DNA from: Monocercomonoides exilis PA203
Lineage: Eukaryota > Protista > Preaxostyla
DNA length: 64,000 bases
Direction: 5' to 3'
NCBI GenBank assembly: GCA_001643675.2
Contig: LSRY02000045.1
Span: 1 to 64,000, forward strand
Positions 43,681 through 58,559 of this stretch are shown in pieces. Within the stretch, counting starts at the first letter, position 1. Every line of letters begins with the position of its first letter. Under the pieces are notes generated by a model, which was given only the letters and a program-made list of their open reading frames with translations, was not told the origin of the DNA and did no database searches. A program made the position numbers and the translations under genes.

Positions 43681-46289
43681 CTCGGACGTTGTGAAGTGGG
43701 AGGTAATTTTGTGAATATTTATTCTTCACAGAAACATCAGAGGAAGATGTGGCCATGGCGGAGGCTGAAAAGATGGAGGAAGTGTCAGAGTCTGACGAGC
43801 AGTCTAAGTTGAGTGCAATTCAGATAACCATGTACTTAGAGAATAGCGCAATCAGCGGACAGAGAGAGGTTTGATTGGAGTTTGCCTTTCATTTCGCAAA
43901 AGCAGTGAAGCACGAGATTGTCCAACAAGAACAAGACCTGTACAGCTGTTTGTTCTATTTTCTGCAAAGTGCAAATTTTCATTTTTTTCTTCTGGTTCTT
44001 TCCATATAGCAGTTTTAACAGCTTAAATATTTGATCGAAAAAAAAAGTCATAAGCTAATAATTTAATTTATCGCAACAAATGTGAATTCAAAAAATAAGA
44101 AAGAAATATTAATTTGTTATTTTCATTAGTCAAAAAATGGATGTTGAAAAATAAAACAACAAAAAAGAATAACGACAAATAATAGAACACACATGATAAA
44201 TGCTATTTAAACGCAAATGATAACTCTTTTTTTGATTCACTCTTCATTTTCAATTAAGAAAATGAAAATTCTTATAGTTGTTATAATTTTCGAATAATGA
44301 ATAATCATCATCACCAAAGATGTAGTTTGAAAAGTCGTTTGGAATACAAACTGTGAAAATAACGAATTCTTCTCGTGTCAATGTAAATATGAATTGTTAA
44401 TAAAAAAGCAATTTCCCTTTAATATTTATTTTAATAAAAGCTATTTTGGTTTGCGAAAAATTTGAAAAATTAAGAAATGTGTTTCGTTTGTGATAAATAT
44501 ATAAAATTTATATATTTATTTTTGAAAAGTCGCTTTGATCAAAAATTCATCCCATCGCTGTTAATTGAAAAACACTCCTTTGCCATTATTCAACATTTGA
44601 AAATGAAAAAAATAATAAGAGTTTGTTTGAATGCGAAAAACCACAACTCGTGAAAACAAATTATTTTCAAAAAATATTTTAATTTGAATTTTGATCAATT
44701 TGAGAATTGCTTTTCTTATGAAATTGCACTTATTAAGTTCGATCATGCATGCTGTTTGGAAAGACATTTGAAGAAAAAGATGTGTTTGGAACTTTTGCGT
44801 TGAAAAAGAAAGGATATCTTTTTTTTGCAAGTTTTGATTATAACTGAATAAATTCCACTCAAGACAATTCAAATGAGGCGCAATTTCGAACTTTGACAGT
44901 TGACAATTATGACGGTAAGCGAAATGCTTTCTCTGGAGCGAAAAAAACAAAGTCATGAATTTCGAAAGTGATAGATTTTAAATTTTGGATTCAACAACAA
45001 TGCGCCGAGAATGAAAGTTTTACCAGTTGAATGTTCTTTCCCATCGTGAATGCTTGTAAAAGATGAATCAATAATAATGATGAATTCGTGCATTTACATC
45101 AAAAATCAGTATCTCCATTTTGTTTCAATGAGGATAAATCTATTCACAAACATCAGTTTGATCCCCCAAATGAATGTTTATTCATTCAGCCTTTTTTCTC
45201 ACTCCAATGAATAGAATTCGAATATTTTGAGAAATATCATTATCATCAACGTTGCAACTCATCGTCAGACTTTTTTCTTTCTTCAAAGGAAAGTTTAGGT
45301 GAACAGATAAAAACTGCACCTCATGGTACATTTCTGCGAAACCCTTAAAGAATAGTGATTATCTCATGAAATTTTAATTCCATAAGAGATTACTGGAAGT
45401 GGATAAATGCATATTGAAAGGCTGAACATATCTGTTTAAAGAAAACGCATACAAAACGAAGTATTTACAACAAAGCTGATTGATGCCCAAAATGGAATGT
45501 TGCAGATATGAAGATCAAAGAAAGTTAAGGCATAATCTATACATCTTTGTTTTCTATTTCTTAATCAAAAGAACATTTATTAAAACATTCAGAATTTTTT
45601 TTGATGACATTTAAAGAGCTATTATATGGAATTTGATAAAAACAGGAGATTGAGAAACAAATGCAAGAAAAGAAGCAAAAACAGAAGCAGACGATCCAGA
45701 GAAGACACCTTTTCAAGATGGCTTTTGGTTGATTTAGGGGATGAGAGAAGTTCTAGACTTGAAGAAGCCTGAGATCAAACAGATGTTAAATGCACAACTT
45801 GAAAAGACGGAGAACGCGTGTGCTAAGCTGCATTAACGATACAGAGTGAATGAATATGGCTTTCAAAAAAAAATCTTGATTCCTCACCACATATAATGTT
45901 ATCTCCACCAGAAAAACGATTGCGCCAATTGCGCGCTTTCCGATATTTCTGTTGACTGTTCCAGAAAGTGCTTCTTCAACATGGGAACATTGTGTTCGAA
46001 AGAAAAAACAATAAGATCATCCTTTTTTCATTGCATACTTTAATGATCTTATTCGTTGTTTTCCTCTGAGTTATAGGTGAACTTTATCTTGTGCATGATT
46101 GCTACAATCGTCACAGACTCGTCCATTTCCTTGTCTCCATCCCTGCTCCAAAACGTAACAATGCCCTCTCTGATTTGAAACATTCGCTCCGAAATAGGCG
46201 CGATGCTCATAAACTCATCTGCTGTATCATCCATTAAACATCCTGGTTCCACACAATTCTCTCCCAATCGGAACATGACTCTTCCTGGG

Positions 46290-46740
46290 CATATGGAACC
46301 TTCATTATCACTAATAATTCCCATCAGTTTTAGAATACACTCTCATCAACTGCGGTTCATATCCTGGATGTGCAGGAACATCACAAAATGATTCATCAAC
46401 CAGAATCTGCCCTTCGTCTTCTTCATTTTTTTTTTCGCTTGATAAAACCTACTGATTCGATATTTCATCCAAACAACACTGAATTCAACTCTCATTCAAC
46501 AAAGATAAGAGGAGCAATAAGGCAACACCTGAACCCAAACCTGTATCGATAATGAACATTGTCACCTCAATGAAAGCACTGGCGTCTGAGATTGTGACAG
46601 ACCTGTGCATATGGTTCTTCGTGCTCGGAATGGAATTGCGAGAGATCACAGGAGATGCGCAGCTTGCGCTACCGGAGATCTCCATCTTTCATCTGTCTGT
46701 GGTCACACAGGTGAAATTGGATACCATTACAAGGAAAGAA
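46290..46740 (-). mobile_element. Possible highly decayed reverse-transcriptase relic (DIRS/tyrosine-recombinase retroelement-like)
   Basis: Across frames, in the expected order: WYPISPV*PQTDERWR (cf. W.NP.F.VPK.DG.WR), then GDNVHYRYRFGFRCCLIAPLIF (cf. Y.Y..MPFG...AP.IF), then LFG*NIES (cf. FLGW..DS). No YxDD seen. Confidence 0.35.
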
Positions 46741-48699
46741 GTAAATTCATTGGTTGCTGCAATGATGACTCTTCTGATCATTGATGAGGCATTCCTTCTG
46801 TTGAAAATTGAGGTTCCGTGGTCAAGAAGAATGTGGAGCGCGCGCTGAGGCATGCGATGCAGTCGTAGTCGATGATCAGCATTGTTAATTTCATCTCCAC
46901 TCTGCCAAACAACTTCAACTTTTCATCTTTCCTCTGGATTAGCCTGTCTTTCAGCCTGTTCTTCTTTCATGAATCGTCACGCAACGTCCTGCTGCAGATG
47001 GGCTTTATAAAGCTGCACCTTCATAATAACGCAGTGGAGCTGTGGTGACCGTTCTTTATCAAGACTGCCTTCTTCATTGTGAGGCTTGGGCTGGAAAAGG
47101 AGGAGCTAGTGCTAGCGTTTATTCCTCGCATACAGGCACCCTGTAGAGGATGCGCGCGCTGATTGTGTTTGCATAGGAGCGTTGCAAAGTGATCGTGCAA
47201 TCATGGTTTAAGTCAAAGATGAGGATGAAGATGATATGGGTGATGAGGATGATGAATTCTGAGATGAAGATAAAAAATGGGAGGACAACTCAGGAAAAGG
47301 TTGAAAGGCAGAGAACAATAAAGCGAAAAGAAGCGGATAAGGATGAAATGAATGACAGAGCAGAGAGATAAGATGAGATGTTAACAGGGCTAATTCAGAG
47401 GGGTGGTGAATTGCAGCCCATGAAGAATTGGGAAGAAATGCAGATAGCGAGCGAAGGAATGATGGTTCAAGGAAGAGTAAAAGAAGAGGCCGTTGAGGAG
47501 CAGCGGCTGGTGGACGAAGTGAAAATGGAAGAGACAAAAAAAAGGCAGATGAACAGTTCTGATGATTGCTGAGCAGAGAAAGCTGTTGATGGAAAAGGAT
47601 TGGGTGCACAGATGGGACATGTTCCAGAAAGTGGCACTCAGCTTAGGAAGAGAGAAGCTGAGGAGCAGAAGAAGATCTGAAAGCAAAGGACAGGAAGATG
47701 GATAGGGATAAGGCAAATGACCATGAGGTCAATACACTTGGGCTATTTGCTTCCAGCGTTGCGTCAAGCAAAATATCCCTTTTTGAGCGTCTTTTGGATC
47801 GTGAAAACGGATAATTTTTCTATTCTTAAGCTGAAAGGAACGGCTGTTCATCAAGCAGAGCTGCTCAAACCTGACAGAAATAACATTAACATTATGTTCC
47901 GTAAAAAGAATGTGTAAGTGCATGTCTGCAAATCCGCACTCTCCTCTCCGTGTCATTCTTTATTCCTTCCAATTTGAATGGCCTGCTATTGTCAATAAAT
48001 CAGAAATGCCGAATGAAGACTTTTATAACGAAGGATACTTATTTCCTGATGATATTACACACATTTTTATTCGCAACTCATCCTCTGGAATGAAGAAGCA
48101 GGCTATCATTCTGTTCCATATAGACATGCATATACATATACGAGAAAAGGTTAATCAAAAAAATGAATAAGAGAAGATGATAGAGATGCACTTATGAAGT
48201 GAAGCTTTCTGAAATCGAATAAACTCATTGAAGATCTACTCTTGTTTGTGAAAGAAAGGACGTTACTGATTTGGCATAAGATTTATTGAGAGAAAGAATA
48301 CGGAGAGATGAAATAATAACGATGCAGAAAACAAACAGAAATTAATACAAAGAAAGAAAGAAAGACAAAAAAAATATAGAAACTTAGATTTCCGAAGATA
48401 TATATATATATTATTGAACCGTAAACCTTTGTGTATTTCTTCTTTATTTCTCACATTTTGTTTTTCTCTTCGATACCAATGAAACACACAGAAAATCATT
48501 CTTTAATAACGAGATCCTTCCATAAGCTTCATCAGATGAAAATGGTGAAGTCCATGGTTTGCCACTGCATTTTGCACCATACAGCTCCTTCATTGCCTCT
48601 TTCAACTTCTCGGCTTCAACTCGGAAGAAGTTCAGCAGAAGCTTCAGAAACGCAGATGCATCTGTTCACCACTTCTTCAAAAGAATCCCCTCAAATTCT

Positions 48700-51340
48700 G
48701 TTAAAAACATGTTGATCTTATGATTTTTTTTTTACGGCTATTCAGCACCATGTTGCGGTACATGAAGAATGACAGCTCGTTTTTATAAAATTCTTTCTGC
48801 ACAAACTATTCAAATAGCCACACCTCAGAAAAGTCCTTCCGGGACAGTTTCACCCCGTTGATCAACTCCTTTTACGCTTCCTATCTCTTCTTCTGTGCAA
48901 CGTGATTCTCTTCAAGCCACTTGAACACAAAGTTCGCCAAATCAGCCAACCCATTTCTGTCCCTGAACGGGTCTGCCTCGGTCTTGTCTCAATATATTCC
49001 CAGGATCTTCTTCATAATTCTTACAACAATGGCGGCACTATCTTCAGCAGTTGCAACAGACGCTGCATCAGCACAGACGACCACAGCCTGCGTGGCACCC
49101 GAAGCACACGTGCTGATTAAAACGTTTCTTGTTCCAGCGACCCAGACACTGCACTCATCAATCACTCCCTCGCCATCGACACCGCCTACAAAGGCACCCC
49201 ACCTGCCACAGACACCCCTGCCCTCAATACACCAGGAGAAGTCACAGACCACTCCGAGTCTTCCCTGTCTCTGCTTTCTGTTGAATGTTCAAGAAGCATG
49301 AACGGCCACTCCACAACATTCGCACTCGCTTAACCTTTCTTTACCACTGTTGGAACCACAGTTTTCATGCAATCATCCCGCTCCCTCTCTTCGGATCGTT
49401 GTGCTGAAACAGCCGAATTCCATGCAACTCGCTCGTATCTCTTTTTTCTGCCTTTTCACACTCCTCAGCTCACTCGTATTCTCCCCCTCCGCTTCTGTTC
49501 CTCCTCCTCCTCGCCACATCCTTCTCCTTCTCATCTTTCTCCTCTGCCCCGCCTTCCCTGCTCCCTCCAAAGTCCACTTGCACCTCACGCTCCTCCAGCT
49601 CCCGAACCTGAACAACCAGCCGCTCCACCTTCTCTTCATACGACGCTTTCATTTTCTTCTGCTCCTGCTTCTTTTGCGCAAGCGCCGTCTGCTGCTTCTC
49701 TATCACCTCCTTGAACATCGCCTTCTGCCTTCATTTTCTTCTGCTCCTGCACTTTCGACAGCGCCATCAGCATCTTCGTTTCCTTCTCCATCTTGTTCAT
49801 CATCTTCTTCTTCACTTGCATCGGCTCTTCCACCACCGCCGGACATTTCTTCCCCTTAACTGTTGGCTTCTCTCACAACACTCGCATCGTTCGCCACTTT
49901 CGCAACAAATCCCTTTGTTAGGTCGGACCCAAACATCGCAACGCAGCCATCGCAGTTGTTTGCCGCAAATCTTTCGCAGCATTTTTCTCACAGCTCCGAT
50001 GGCAGAATGAACGAAGATGAAGATGGAGCAATTCCATCCACGTCAGAGGATAACAATAAAAGCATGGTAAGCTTCACCCCCAACCAGCCAGCGAACCATC
50101 GCTGTATCCGCTCACCAGCTCACCTTGACGTGTCAGGCGTTTCTTCTCCTTCTCAATCCCTCCATCAATAAATTCGAACTTCTCCTTCATCGCAACAAGT
50201 TACTCCTTCAGCTCCTTCACTTCTGTGATGTACTTGTTACTTATCTTCGGAATCTTCCTCTCCCGCATCCGGATGATCTTGTCCTTTTCCTGAAGCTACT
50301 CCGCCAGTACACTCACAGGCTTCGATATTCGCTCTTCGTATAGGATCTTCTGCAGCAGCATGTTGAACTTTAGAAACTTCTTCTCCACCACCTGCTTCGC
50401 TTTCTCATGCTTTTCCTTTATATTCCACTCCTTCTTCTTCTTCATCTCACGTATTCCCTTCACCATTCTCTTTCTTCTCCTTCTACTCCTTCACCCCTTC
50501 TTTCTCCTCCAGAGCCGCCAGCGCTATCGCTGCTGGAGGCAGAACCACATCCTCCATCATCAGCCCCGCCACCGACAGCCCCTTCTCCACAATCTCCCCC
50601 ACTTCATTCACTGCAACAATTCCCCTCCTCATTTTGTTGACCAACTTCATCACCACACGCCTCGACTGCGGAGATCGCGACGCCAGCCGCGCTATCTCCG
50701 ACGGCAGCAGTGAAGGGTCAAACAGATCGTAGATCGACGGGAGCGCATTCACACTTTCACACAAAAGATCCGCTTTCTCCCCGACTTCGTGCCCATAGAC
50801 ACTGCAAGCGACGGAAGCGGTACCACCAGCGGAACCGAAAGCATCGCTGAAAGAGCCACATCGTACGCACACACAACACCCCCATACAATGCAACCAGGT
50901 ATGTCACACCACAACATATCCCTCGAAGCGTCTGTTGCTCCCTCAGTAACGACTATCTGTGATTTTCATACACGCCAGCCGCCTCTTGATATCGTCCATC
51001 GCTCCTGTCGAATTATATGATGCCTCCACAGCAAATACATCAGAAGGGTTAGCCGCAGGTGCTGATGATGGCTTATCATCTTCTGTCACTTTCTTCTCTT
51101 CGCTTCTCTGCGTCCAGAATGGTGAATCAGATCGGCATGCTGCTCTAGTTGAAGAAGACGAAGGCGCAGAGCGAAAAGTGGATAACTTCACAGAGGCAGT
51201 CAAATGAATCTTCTCTGAGAAAAGTCATCGAACAAGTTGGAAGCTCCTTCTCTGGTGCTAACATACTATCTTCGTTGAAAAAAGAGGAAGATAAGTTCAA
51301 AAAACCGATCATTTTTGAGTTATGGAACAAGACGGAGCTG
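48700..51340 (-). pseudogene. Disrupted coiled-coil-containing gene of unknown function
   Basis: GC-richer coding-like tract with overlapping broken ORFs (e.g. FKEVIEKQQTALAQKKQEQKKMKASYEEKVERL; LADLANFVFKWLEENH with stops). Confidence 0.4.
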
Positions 51341-53099
51341 GATTTCTTTGATGATAAATCGAAACGAGAAAAAATATTTTTGTGAAAACAGATGAATAAG
51401 CTTAAACAATGAAGTGTGTGAAAGATGATTGTTTCTCATGAAAGAGATGAAAGTGCTATTTTGAATTGTGAATAAAAGAGTATTTCTGGGAAAATTGAAT
51501 GAAACATTTAATTATTTAATTTAAAATTCTTTTATTGTTCCATATGTTGTTCGTTTTGAATATTGTTTAATAATAATAAGCAATGAAATGTTGAATGTTT
51601 CACAATCATAAATTTCAAAAAAAGAATTCTATAATTCATGCAAATCAAATAGTATTTATCTTTCAACAAAGGAAAATAACAAAATCTTAGCTGCTGTTCA
51701 AAAATTCATAATGAATATTCGAATAGATGATATGAAAATGAAGAAAAAAAACATAGAACTCATTTGCTTTAAATAGCTCAAAAGCAGTTGCTCATATAAG
51801 TGTATTTCAAAATAAAGTTAAAAATTTATGTAATATTAACTAATTTGAATCCTGTTTTTCTATTAAAAGCGAAATAAATAACAATAAATAACATTCATCA
51901 AACTTAAATGGGAACGGAATGATCAACATTTTTTGATCATTTGTGATCATATTTTCAGATCAGTTAAATGTTTGCGACTTTTCAAAAAGAATGATACAAA
52001 TGGTTCATAATCGATTATGGATATATTATTATTTACTTAAAAAGAAACAATAACGGGAAGATCTCTGATTTTTCAAAAAGATAAGTCATATAGTTGGTAG
52101 ATAACCCGGGTAAATTATGAGTGATTTTTTTTGATACAGTCTGTCCCAAAAAAATGTTGATCTGTCCTTTTTTAATGTTGAGCATCCCGCAATAAATAAA
52201 AAATAAATTTCCCACATTCGCCTTTCGTCATTATTAACATTTTATTTGCAAGGTGTTTAACTCTGTTTCAAGAATAAAAGCAAGATTTATTGAACGTTTA
52301 AGTATTTTTCTTTGAACAAATCAATGGATGTTTGATTGCAATCAATTACTTATTCGGCTTTATCACTTTTGTTGTTTTTTAAGTTTTATTGTGTGTCAAT
52401 AACCAACTAACTTTTTTTAATGTTTTTTTTTTTTGATTCATAGGAAAGATAACTTTAATAAAATAATATGTCAATTCAGAAATACTTATTTTTCATATTT
52501 TTCTCAAATATTGAATCAAGCGGATGGAATTTTTATGAAAAAAGAAAAACTGTGCCATTCATTTTAAACGAAATGCTTATTTGAATCTTTGTTTTTAAAA
52601 CAATTTTCAACACTATCAATAATCCTCTTTTGAATTAACTGTTCATTATTTTTATTCTTTTTGGTTAATAGCCTTTTATAACATTATTTTATGTGAATGT
52701 TTGAGTATTTTTTACTTCCTTTTGTTAAAAAAATAAGATTATAAAGAACCAACAAGCCGATTTTCTTTATTATTGACAAAGATCGTTGATTAAAATAAAA
52801 GGAATATGGGTGTTTTTTTTTGACATCATAAAAAAAGATCAAAAATCGAAAAAATAAAATCTATAGTGGTATTTATTGATCATAAAAAATAAATGTATTT
52901 TTTTCAAGTCTTTAGCTTTTATTTCTGTTATATATATTTGTTTTATTTATTAATGTTAAAAAATACATACCTCTTTAATGTTTTTGATTAAAAAGGATTT
53001 TTATAATCAAGTTTCAAAAAAAAAATTGAAAAATCAATCTTTAAAAGGAAAATAGATATTTCTAAACTGGAAAAACAAAACATTGAAAAGAAAAAATTG

Positions 53100-53150
53100 A
53101 AAAGAAGAACAGAAAAGAAGAACAGAAAAGAAGAACAGAAAAGAAGAAAA
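53100..53150 (+). repeat. 13-bp tandem repeat (AAAAGAAGAACAG) x~3-4
   Basis: aaagaagaacagaaaagaagaacagaaaagaagaacagaaaagaagaaaag read directly. Confidence 0.8.
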
Positions 53151-53269
53151 GAAAACAAAATTATTTAGACAAATTTGACATTAATTATTATTTTTCTTTT
53201 TTTTTCCTCACCTTTGTATAGCCAACAAATCTCCGTTCATTTTATTCGATTCATCAGATTCATCAAACA

Positions 53270-53538
53270 TAAACAGATAAAGTGGAATATTGGATTAAGC
53301 CAAATTCAAAAGCTTGTTCCCTCACATTTCTCTGATTAAAATTGTTGCAAACAATGGAATTGATGCTGATGCATGTGGCAGACCCCAACAGATCCCATGT
53401 GCCACAGTGGAGTATGCTCTCAACGGATTCATTTCCCTCCTCCAAGACGCCTCTCTCACTCTTCTCGCCTCAACATTTGCTCCCACTCAAACATTCACTT
53501 TCAATGCAGTTGACACAAAAATTACTGGAATTAATTAA
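53270..53538 (+). pseudogene. Isolated ~90-codon fragment of the surface-receptor family
   Basis: IKIVANNGIDADACGRPQQIPCATVEYAL matches the family module (cf. IKPSGVDEWGCGLGTLPCKTIEYA in the 4308-aa protein). Embedded in AT-rich DNA. Confidence 0.75.
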
Positions 53539-56500
53539 CTTTATCATAATTTTCACAACTATTTCTTCTTCTAATTTTGAACAGTTTCTATATCATTGTT
53601 AAATCCTTGAACTTTCATAGCTTTTTCAACTGAAGTAAATATCATCACTTGTCTTTCATGTAGCCCAAAATCAGCACAGGTTTTATTATTTTTTCGTCAT
53701 TTTCCATTTGATTTAGCTTCTTCATCCAATGAAAATTACGTTCGTTGAAAAACAGTAATTATCGTTCTCATTTCTTCGGTCATATCAGAAAGTTCTTCAA
53801 AAACATTTATTTCCTCAGCATACATATTTCAACATGCTTGTATCCGATTCACTTAACCGCCTTTTATAAATTCTCTTTAAATAAGCCTTTTCTTCAAAAT
53901 TGATTTTCTTCCTCATTTCATTTTCAATAATTTGTTGTGATTTTGTAGTTGTGAAATCTGCCGAAGGCTATTTTGGAACCCATCCATTTCATAAAAGAAT
54001 TGTTTCAAAGCTCTTTCTGTTTTCACTGCAAATGCTTCAGCTTCCAAATGAAAAAGTCAGATTCGATCTCCTTCCTTTGATGAATGTCTTCTGATCTGAT
54101 ATTCCAGATCAAAATTATTCATTTCATTGACGTGTTAGGTTGGTTGAAATTCTATTTCAGAATAAATAATTATCTGTGCTTCTGAATAGGAATGAAAGAC
54201 GAGGCCTGATGATGAATTTGACGGGTGCTGAATGAAAGAGAAGGAGATGAAGATAGAGCAGGAAGTGAGAGAAGAGAAAGAGAGCCAGGAGAAGCAGAAT
54301 TAGCAGAAGATGGATGTACAGCTTGAGAAAAGAGGGAAGGAGATTGAGATGTTCTGAGAGAAGGAAAAGATTGTTGTTGGATGTTCATAAACAAGGACGA
54401 ATTGACAAGTGATGAAGTACAATGAGAAAGAGGATGAAGAGCAATATTTGTATTTGCAGCAAAATCAGCAGCTGAATCAAAAGGCGCAACAAAATTGAGT
54501 GTAGGGTATTTCTGCATCAGATCCATCGCCATTGAATTCTGCGACATGAAGAAAGACACCAACTTTGAGAACGACAGGCATCTCTTCGTCCAGGAACACT
54601 GCTCTGATTGAATGTTCTTATCCCTTTCTCCTTCTGAAACAGCAGAGGTGATCCTTTCCCTGCTCCTTTCCTTCCCTTTCTGTGTGTTTCTTCTGCTTCC
54701 TCTTTGTCTGGCCACCAGCCTTTCTACTTCATCCCCATTCCTCTTCGCAGATCCGCCCTGCTCTGCCTCAGCCCACTCTTCAGCGCACTCATCTGATCCA
54801 GCTGCGTTCTTGTCTGCCTCGAGTCGACTGCTGCATACACAGGCACTTTCATCATCTTCCACACAAATTGCCCATTTTCCTCGCTTTTAATGCGAACATA
54901 GCGGCAAGACACATCCAGTTCATCGCTCAAAGCTTCAAAGTCAGAATTAGCAAGGTTATTCAATATGCAGTCCAATTTCCGCTCTCTTGTTAAAAATGGC
55001 GTTTTGCTTTCTTTCGCCTCTTGTTGAGCCTCACTTGCCATTTAATTCTCCTTCTGGTTGGTCGGCGTGCCTGTCTCAAGGTGTGGTTGTAGTATTCCTT
55101 GGATGCTGCTAAACAGATTCTTGTCCTTTTCCTCTATCTTCTTCACCAATTTCTCCATTTTTCTGCGCTCTCGCTCTTCTTTCTCATTCCTCTTCTTCTG
55201 TGTCTCCTGCAATTTCATCAGCAGAAGCTGTTTTATTCTCTGATCATAAGATTTCAATGAATTATATGCAATCTTCGCCTCTTCATCGTCCACTTTCCCT
55301 TTTTCATTCTGAAATTCATCTTGCATTACCTTTGTCACTTCTTTGTTCAAATCCTTCATCCTCATCACACCCAACGTCACCCCTCCTTCTCCTCCAACAA
55401 CAACAACTGTTGATGGAAGCGTTATTGGTGCACCAACAGCTCCTCTCCCCATCTCCATCTCTTGGCTGGACACAATCAACGCTCTCCCTCCAACTCCTCT
55501 TCATCCACCGTCCATTCGCTTCCCTCGTGTAAAGTGTATCGTTCCAAAGTCACCTCCTCCGGAAGAATATTGTTTAGGCTGTGGAGAATGTGATAGCGTT
55601 GGAGACGGAATTGTTGTTCTGTTACTGCTGCTGCTTCTGTTTTTGCTTGGATTGTTATGAAAGAGGCTCTGGTTTTGGCTCATTTGAATGCGTTTCGTCT
55701 TTTTTGCCGTTTCTTATTGATTCTTTTGCGTTTGTATTCTTTTCTGCTTCTTTTTTATTGTCTTTGCTTTTCAAGCAACTTCTTTGCGGTTGTTCATTGA
55801 ATCATCCAAAATTGCTTTTTGATTTTCGTCTTTTCCTTCATCTGTATTGCCTTCAACTTCTTCCCTGTTTCCATTTCCATTTCCAGAATTTGTTGCTTCT
55901 TTCTCTTCTTTCTCACATTCTTTATCATCTCCTTCATTTTTTGCAGCATTCCCACTCATTCCTGATCTTTTTATAGATTCATCAATCGGCGTCGGAGAAA
56001 GCAGCAAGTTTGGTCTGACCATCAAAAGCACTTCGTTCACAACAGAATCACGTTGATGCTCAAGCGCCTGATAATACTTTCGCATCAACCTCTGTTTCTC
56101 TCTCCGTTTGTACCTCTTCTCTCTTCTCTCTTCTTCATCACTGATGATGGAGCTGTCGTAAAGGCATTCGCTTTCTTCATTTCACTTCGGTTCCTTTAAA
56201 GAATTTCTTCTGATCAGTGAATAATTCTCGTTTTCTTTTGCTTTCACTTTATTTTCTTTTTCATCATCATTGTTATCTCCTTCATTAGCAGGCTTCAATA
56301 CCTTCCTCAACTTAATTTGTCCTCTTATCCTTCGCTCTCTCTCTTTCTCTCTTCCTCTTCTCCAAATCCTCCGCATTCCGCTCCACCATCCGAAACTCTG
56401 CAAACAGCGGAAGCGCCTCAAATACATCGGGAGGGAGAACAAAATATTGTCTTTTCCTTCTTCTTCCGAACTGCTGCCTCATCCTCCTCATCTGCTGCTC

Positions 56501-57556
56501 TTCGCTTGTCAGAAATCTGTTTCTAGAAAAGCGCAGCAACGAAGAAGAAGAAGAAGAAGAAAGAACGTGAGGCACCAGAAGCAGCAGCCACTTGTGCACA
56601 GCGGTTGAGATAGCATCTGCGGAGGAGAGGATGCATTGCTCTTATGCGGCGAGCCATAGCAATTTCAGAGCGATGAGGTGGTTTGGGGTGGAGAGAGAGG
56701 TCAGTTACTGCTAGAGAAGATGGAGAAGATGGAGAAGATGGAGAGGAGGAAGAAGAAGTTGAAGGAGATGATTGAGGAAGAGAAAGAAAAGATTCATTGG
56801 ACAATGAAGAAGGAGATGTGCCTGTTCCTGTGCCAACACCAGCAATTGAATGTGTCAAAAAGGTTTGCGTTGAATTTTGATTGCTTTTTCTCTGTCTTTG
56901 TCTTCGAGGCACATAAGATGGATTCTGCAGAGTTGCTTCTTGTGGCGGAAGGTTCACAGGAAGATGCAGACGCGGCGCATGTATTCTTTTGAATTCTTCG
57001 ATGATTTCATCAATTTCTGCTTTTTCTGCTATTTCTTGTGATGAATTCACTTCTGACTGTACGGATGAAGAGGAAGATGAAGAAAAATATGATGATGATG
57101 ATGATTTCCGTATTGATGTCAATGATAACGCTTATTTCTATGACTATGCCTGTTCTACTTCATTTGTCTGTTTCTATCTCATAAACATTCGCACACCGGA
57201 AACACACATTCTTCTGTCAAATCGTCTGTCATTGGAATAATCTGCAACCAAATGCCGAAGGCTCTCGTTTTCGCTGATTGGAGCTAAGGAGTGGCAGAAG
57301 CGATGATTTGATGCAAGAGCAGCTTCAGAACAGAATTTGGCGTAGAAGAAGAGGCTGAAGAAGAAAGTGTTGATATTTCATCTGCATTGCTCCACATCTC
57401 TTTGTCTTCATCTTCAGTCTTTTCAATTTCTCTTCCTTCTTTTTCACTTTTTCTCTCTCCTTCTCTCTTCCTCCTTCTTTCTCTAAATAACCTCCATATC
57501 ATTAATGAATTTCTCATTTGGGAACAATAATTTCTTCAACTCATCATCCGACGCTG

Positions 57557-57628
57557 CTGTTAGCAATATAAAATAAATGATACAAAAGACTCCATTTTTC
57601 TGTCTATTGTCTTTTTGTTAATAAATAC
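57557..57628 (-). other. Probable spliceosomal intron (72 nt)
   Basis: Minus strand CAG|GTATTT ... TGCTAACAG, AT-rich, between coding-like flanks. Confidence 0.6.
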
Positions 57629-58409
57629 CTGTGCTTGAAACGCCCAGCAGCGGTGGTGCAAAGTTTGGAGAGAGGAAGGAAGAGACGACGTTATTGATTA
57701 AGGAATGCGCTTCAGGCGTGAAAACATATGAATACGATGGGAAGAATTGAGCGATCTGTTCATTGATGTTCTTTTGGTGGAAGGAGGTTCTTGTAAAAGA
57801 AGAAGAACGTTGGGATGAGTTGGAAGATGTTGAAGATCTGCAAAAATCCACATATTGATGGCTCGTGGCAGCTCTGGTTGTGCTTGTGATGTTACACAAA
57901 AAAGATGTTCTATCTGCCTAGGATATTTGAGGCAAGGGAGCTTTTGGTGGAAGCTGAATCATTTATTGAGGCAAAGTGAGAAAGAAGAGAGGAGGAGAAG
58001 GAGATCTGTGGTGTTTGAATGGAGTGTCATTCACAGAAGATAAGGAGTGACATTGAAAGAGGAGTACTTTTATTGGAAAGAGAAGATAATTCTTGCTTTT
58101 TGAGAAGCGCACATGACTAACTCGATCATGGAAACTACAAAGCGGTTTGTGAATGAATGATTTGAGAAGGAAGAAGAAGAAGAAGGCATTGACGACGAAG
58201 AGAAGAAATGTTTAGTGGTCTGTGAGAAGAGGAAGTCTCGTTTCATGTGGAATGAACAGTCAGCTGCAACACAGAGACAATAGTGGAAGCCAAATGCGCA
58301 GAAGAGTGTTCCTGGTTCATTCTTTTTCATCAGCTCTGATTCCAATGATGATAGAAATGATGTGAAGCGGTTGTGGTTTAGACACAGTGCTCAAACTTAG
58401 AAAAAGAAT

Positions 58410-58559
58410 CTGTATAAAAAAACATGAAAAGGGATAGTTCATCAGTTTATGTATCAATTAATTGAAAAAAATTAAAATAAGAGTTTGAAAAAATAAAAAA
58501 TAGAAAAACAAGAAATACGATAAAAACAATAATAACAATAATCAAAAAAAATTTCAAAC
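58410..58559 (-). other. Probable spliceosomal intron (150 nt)
   Basis: Minus strand AAG|GTTTGA ... T-rich ... TTTTATACAG. A further donor GTGAGT lies at 58874. Confidence 0.55.
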
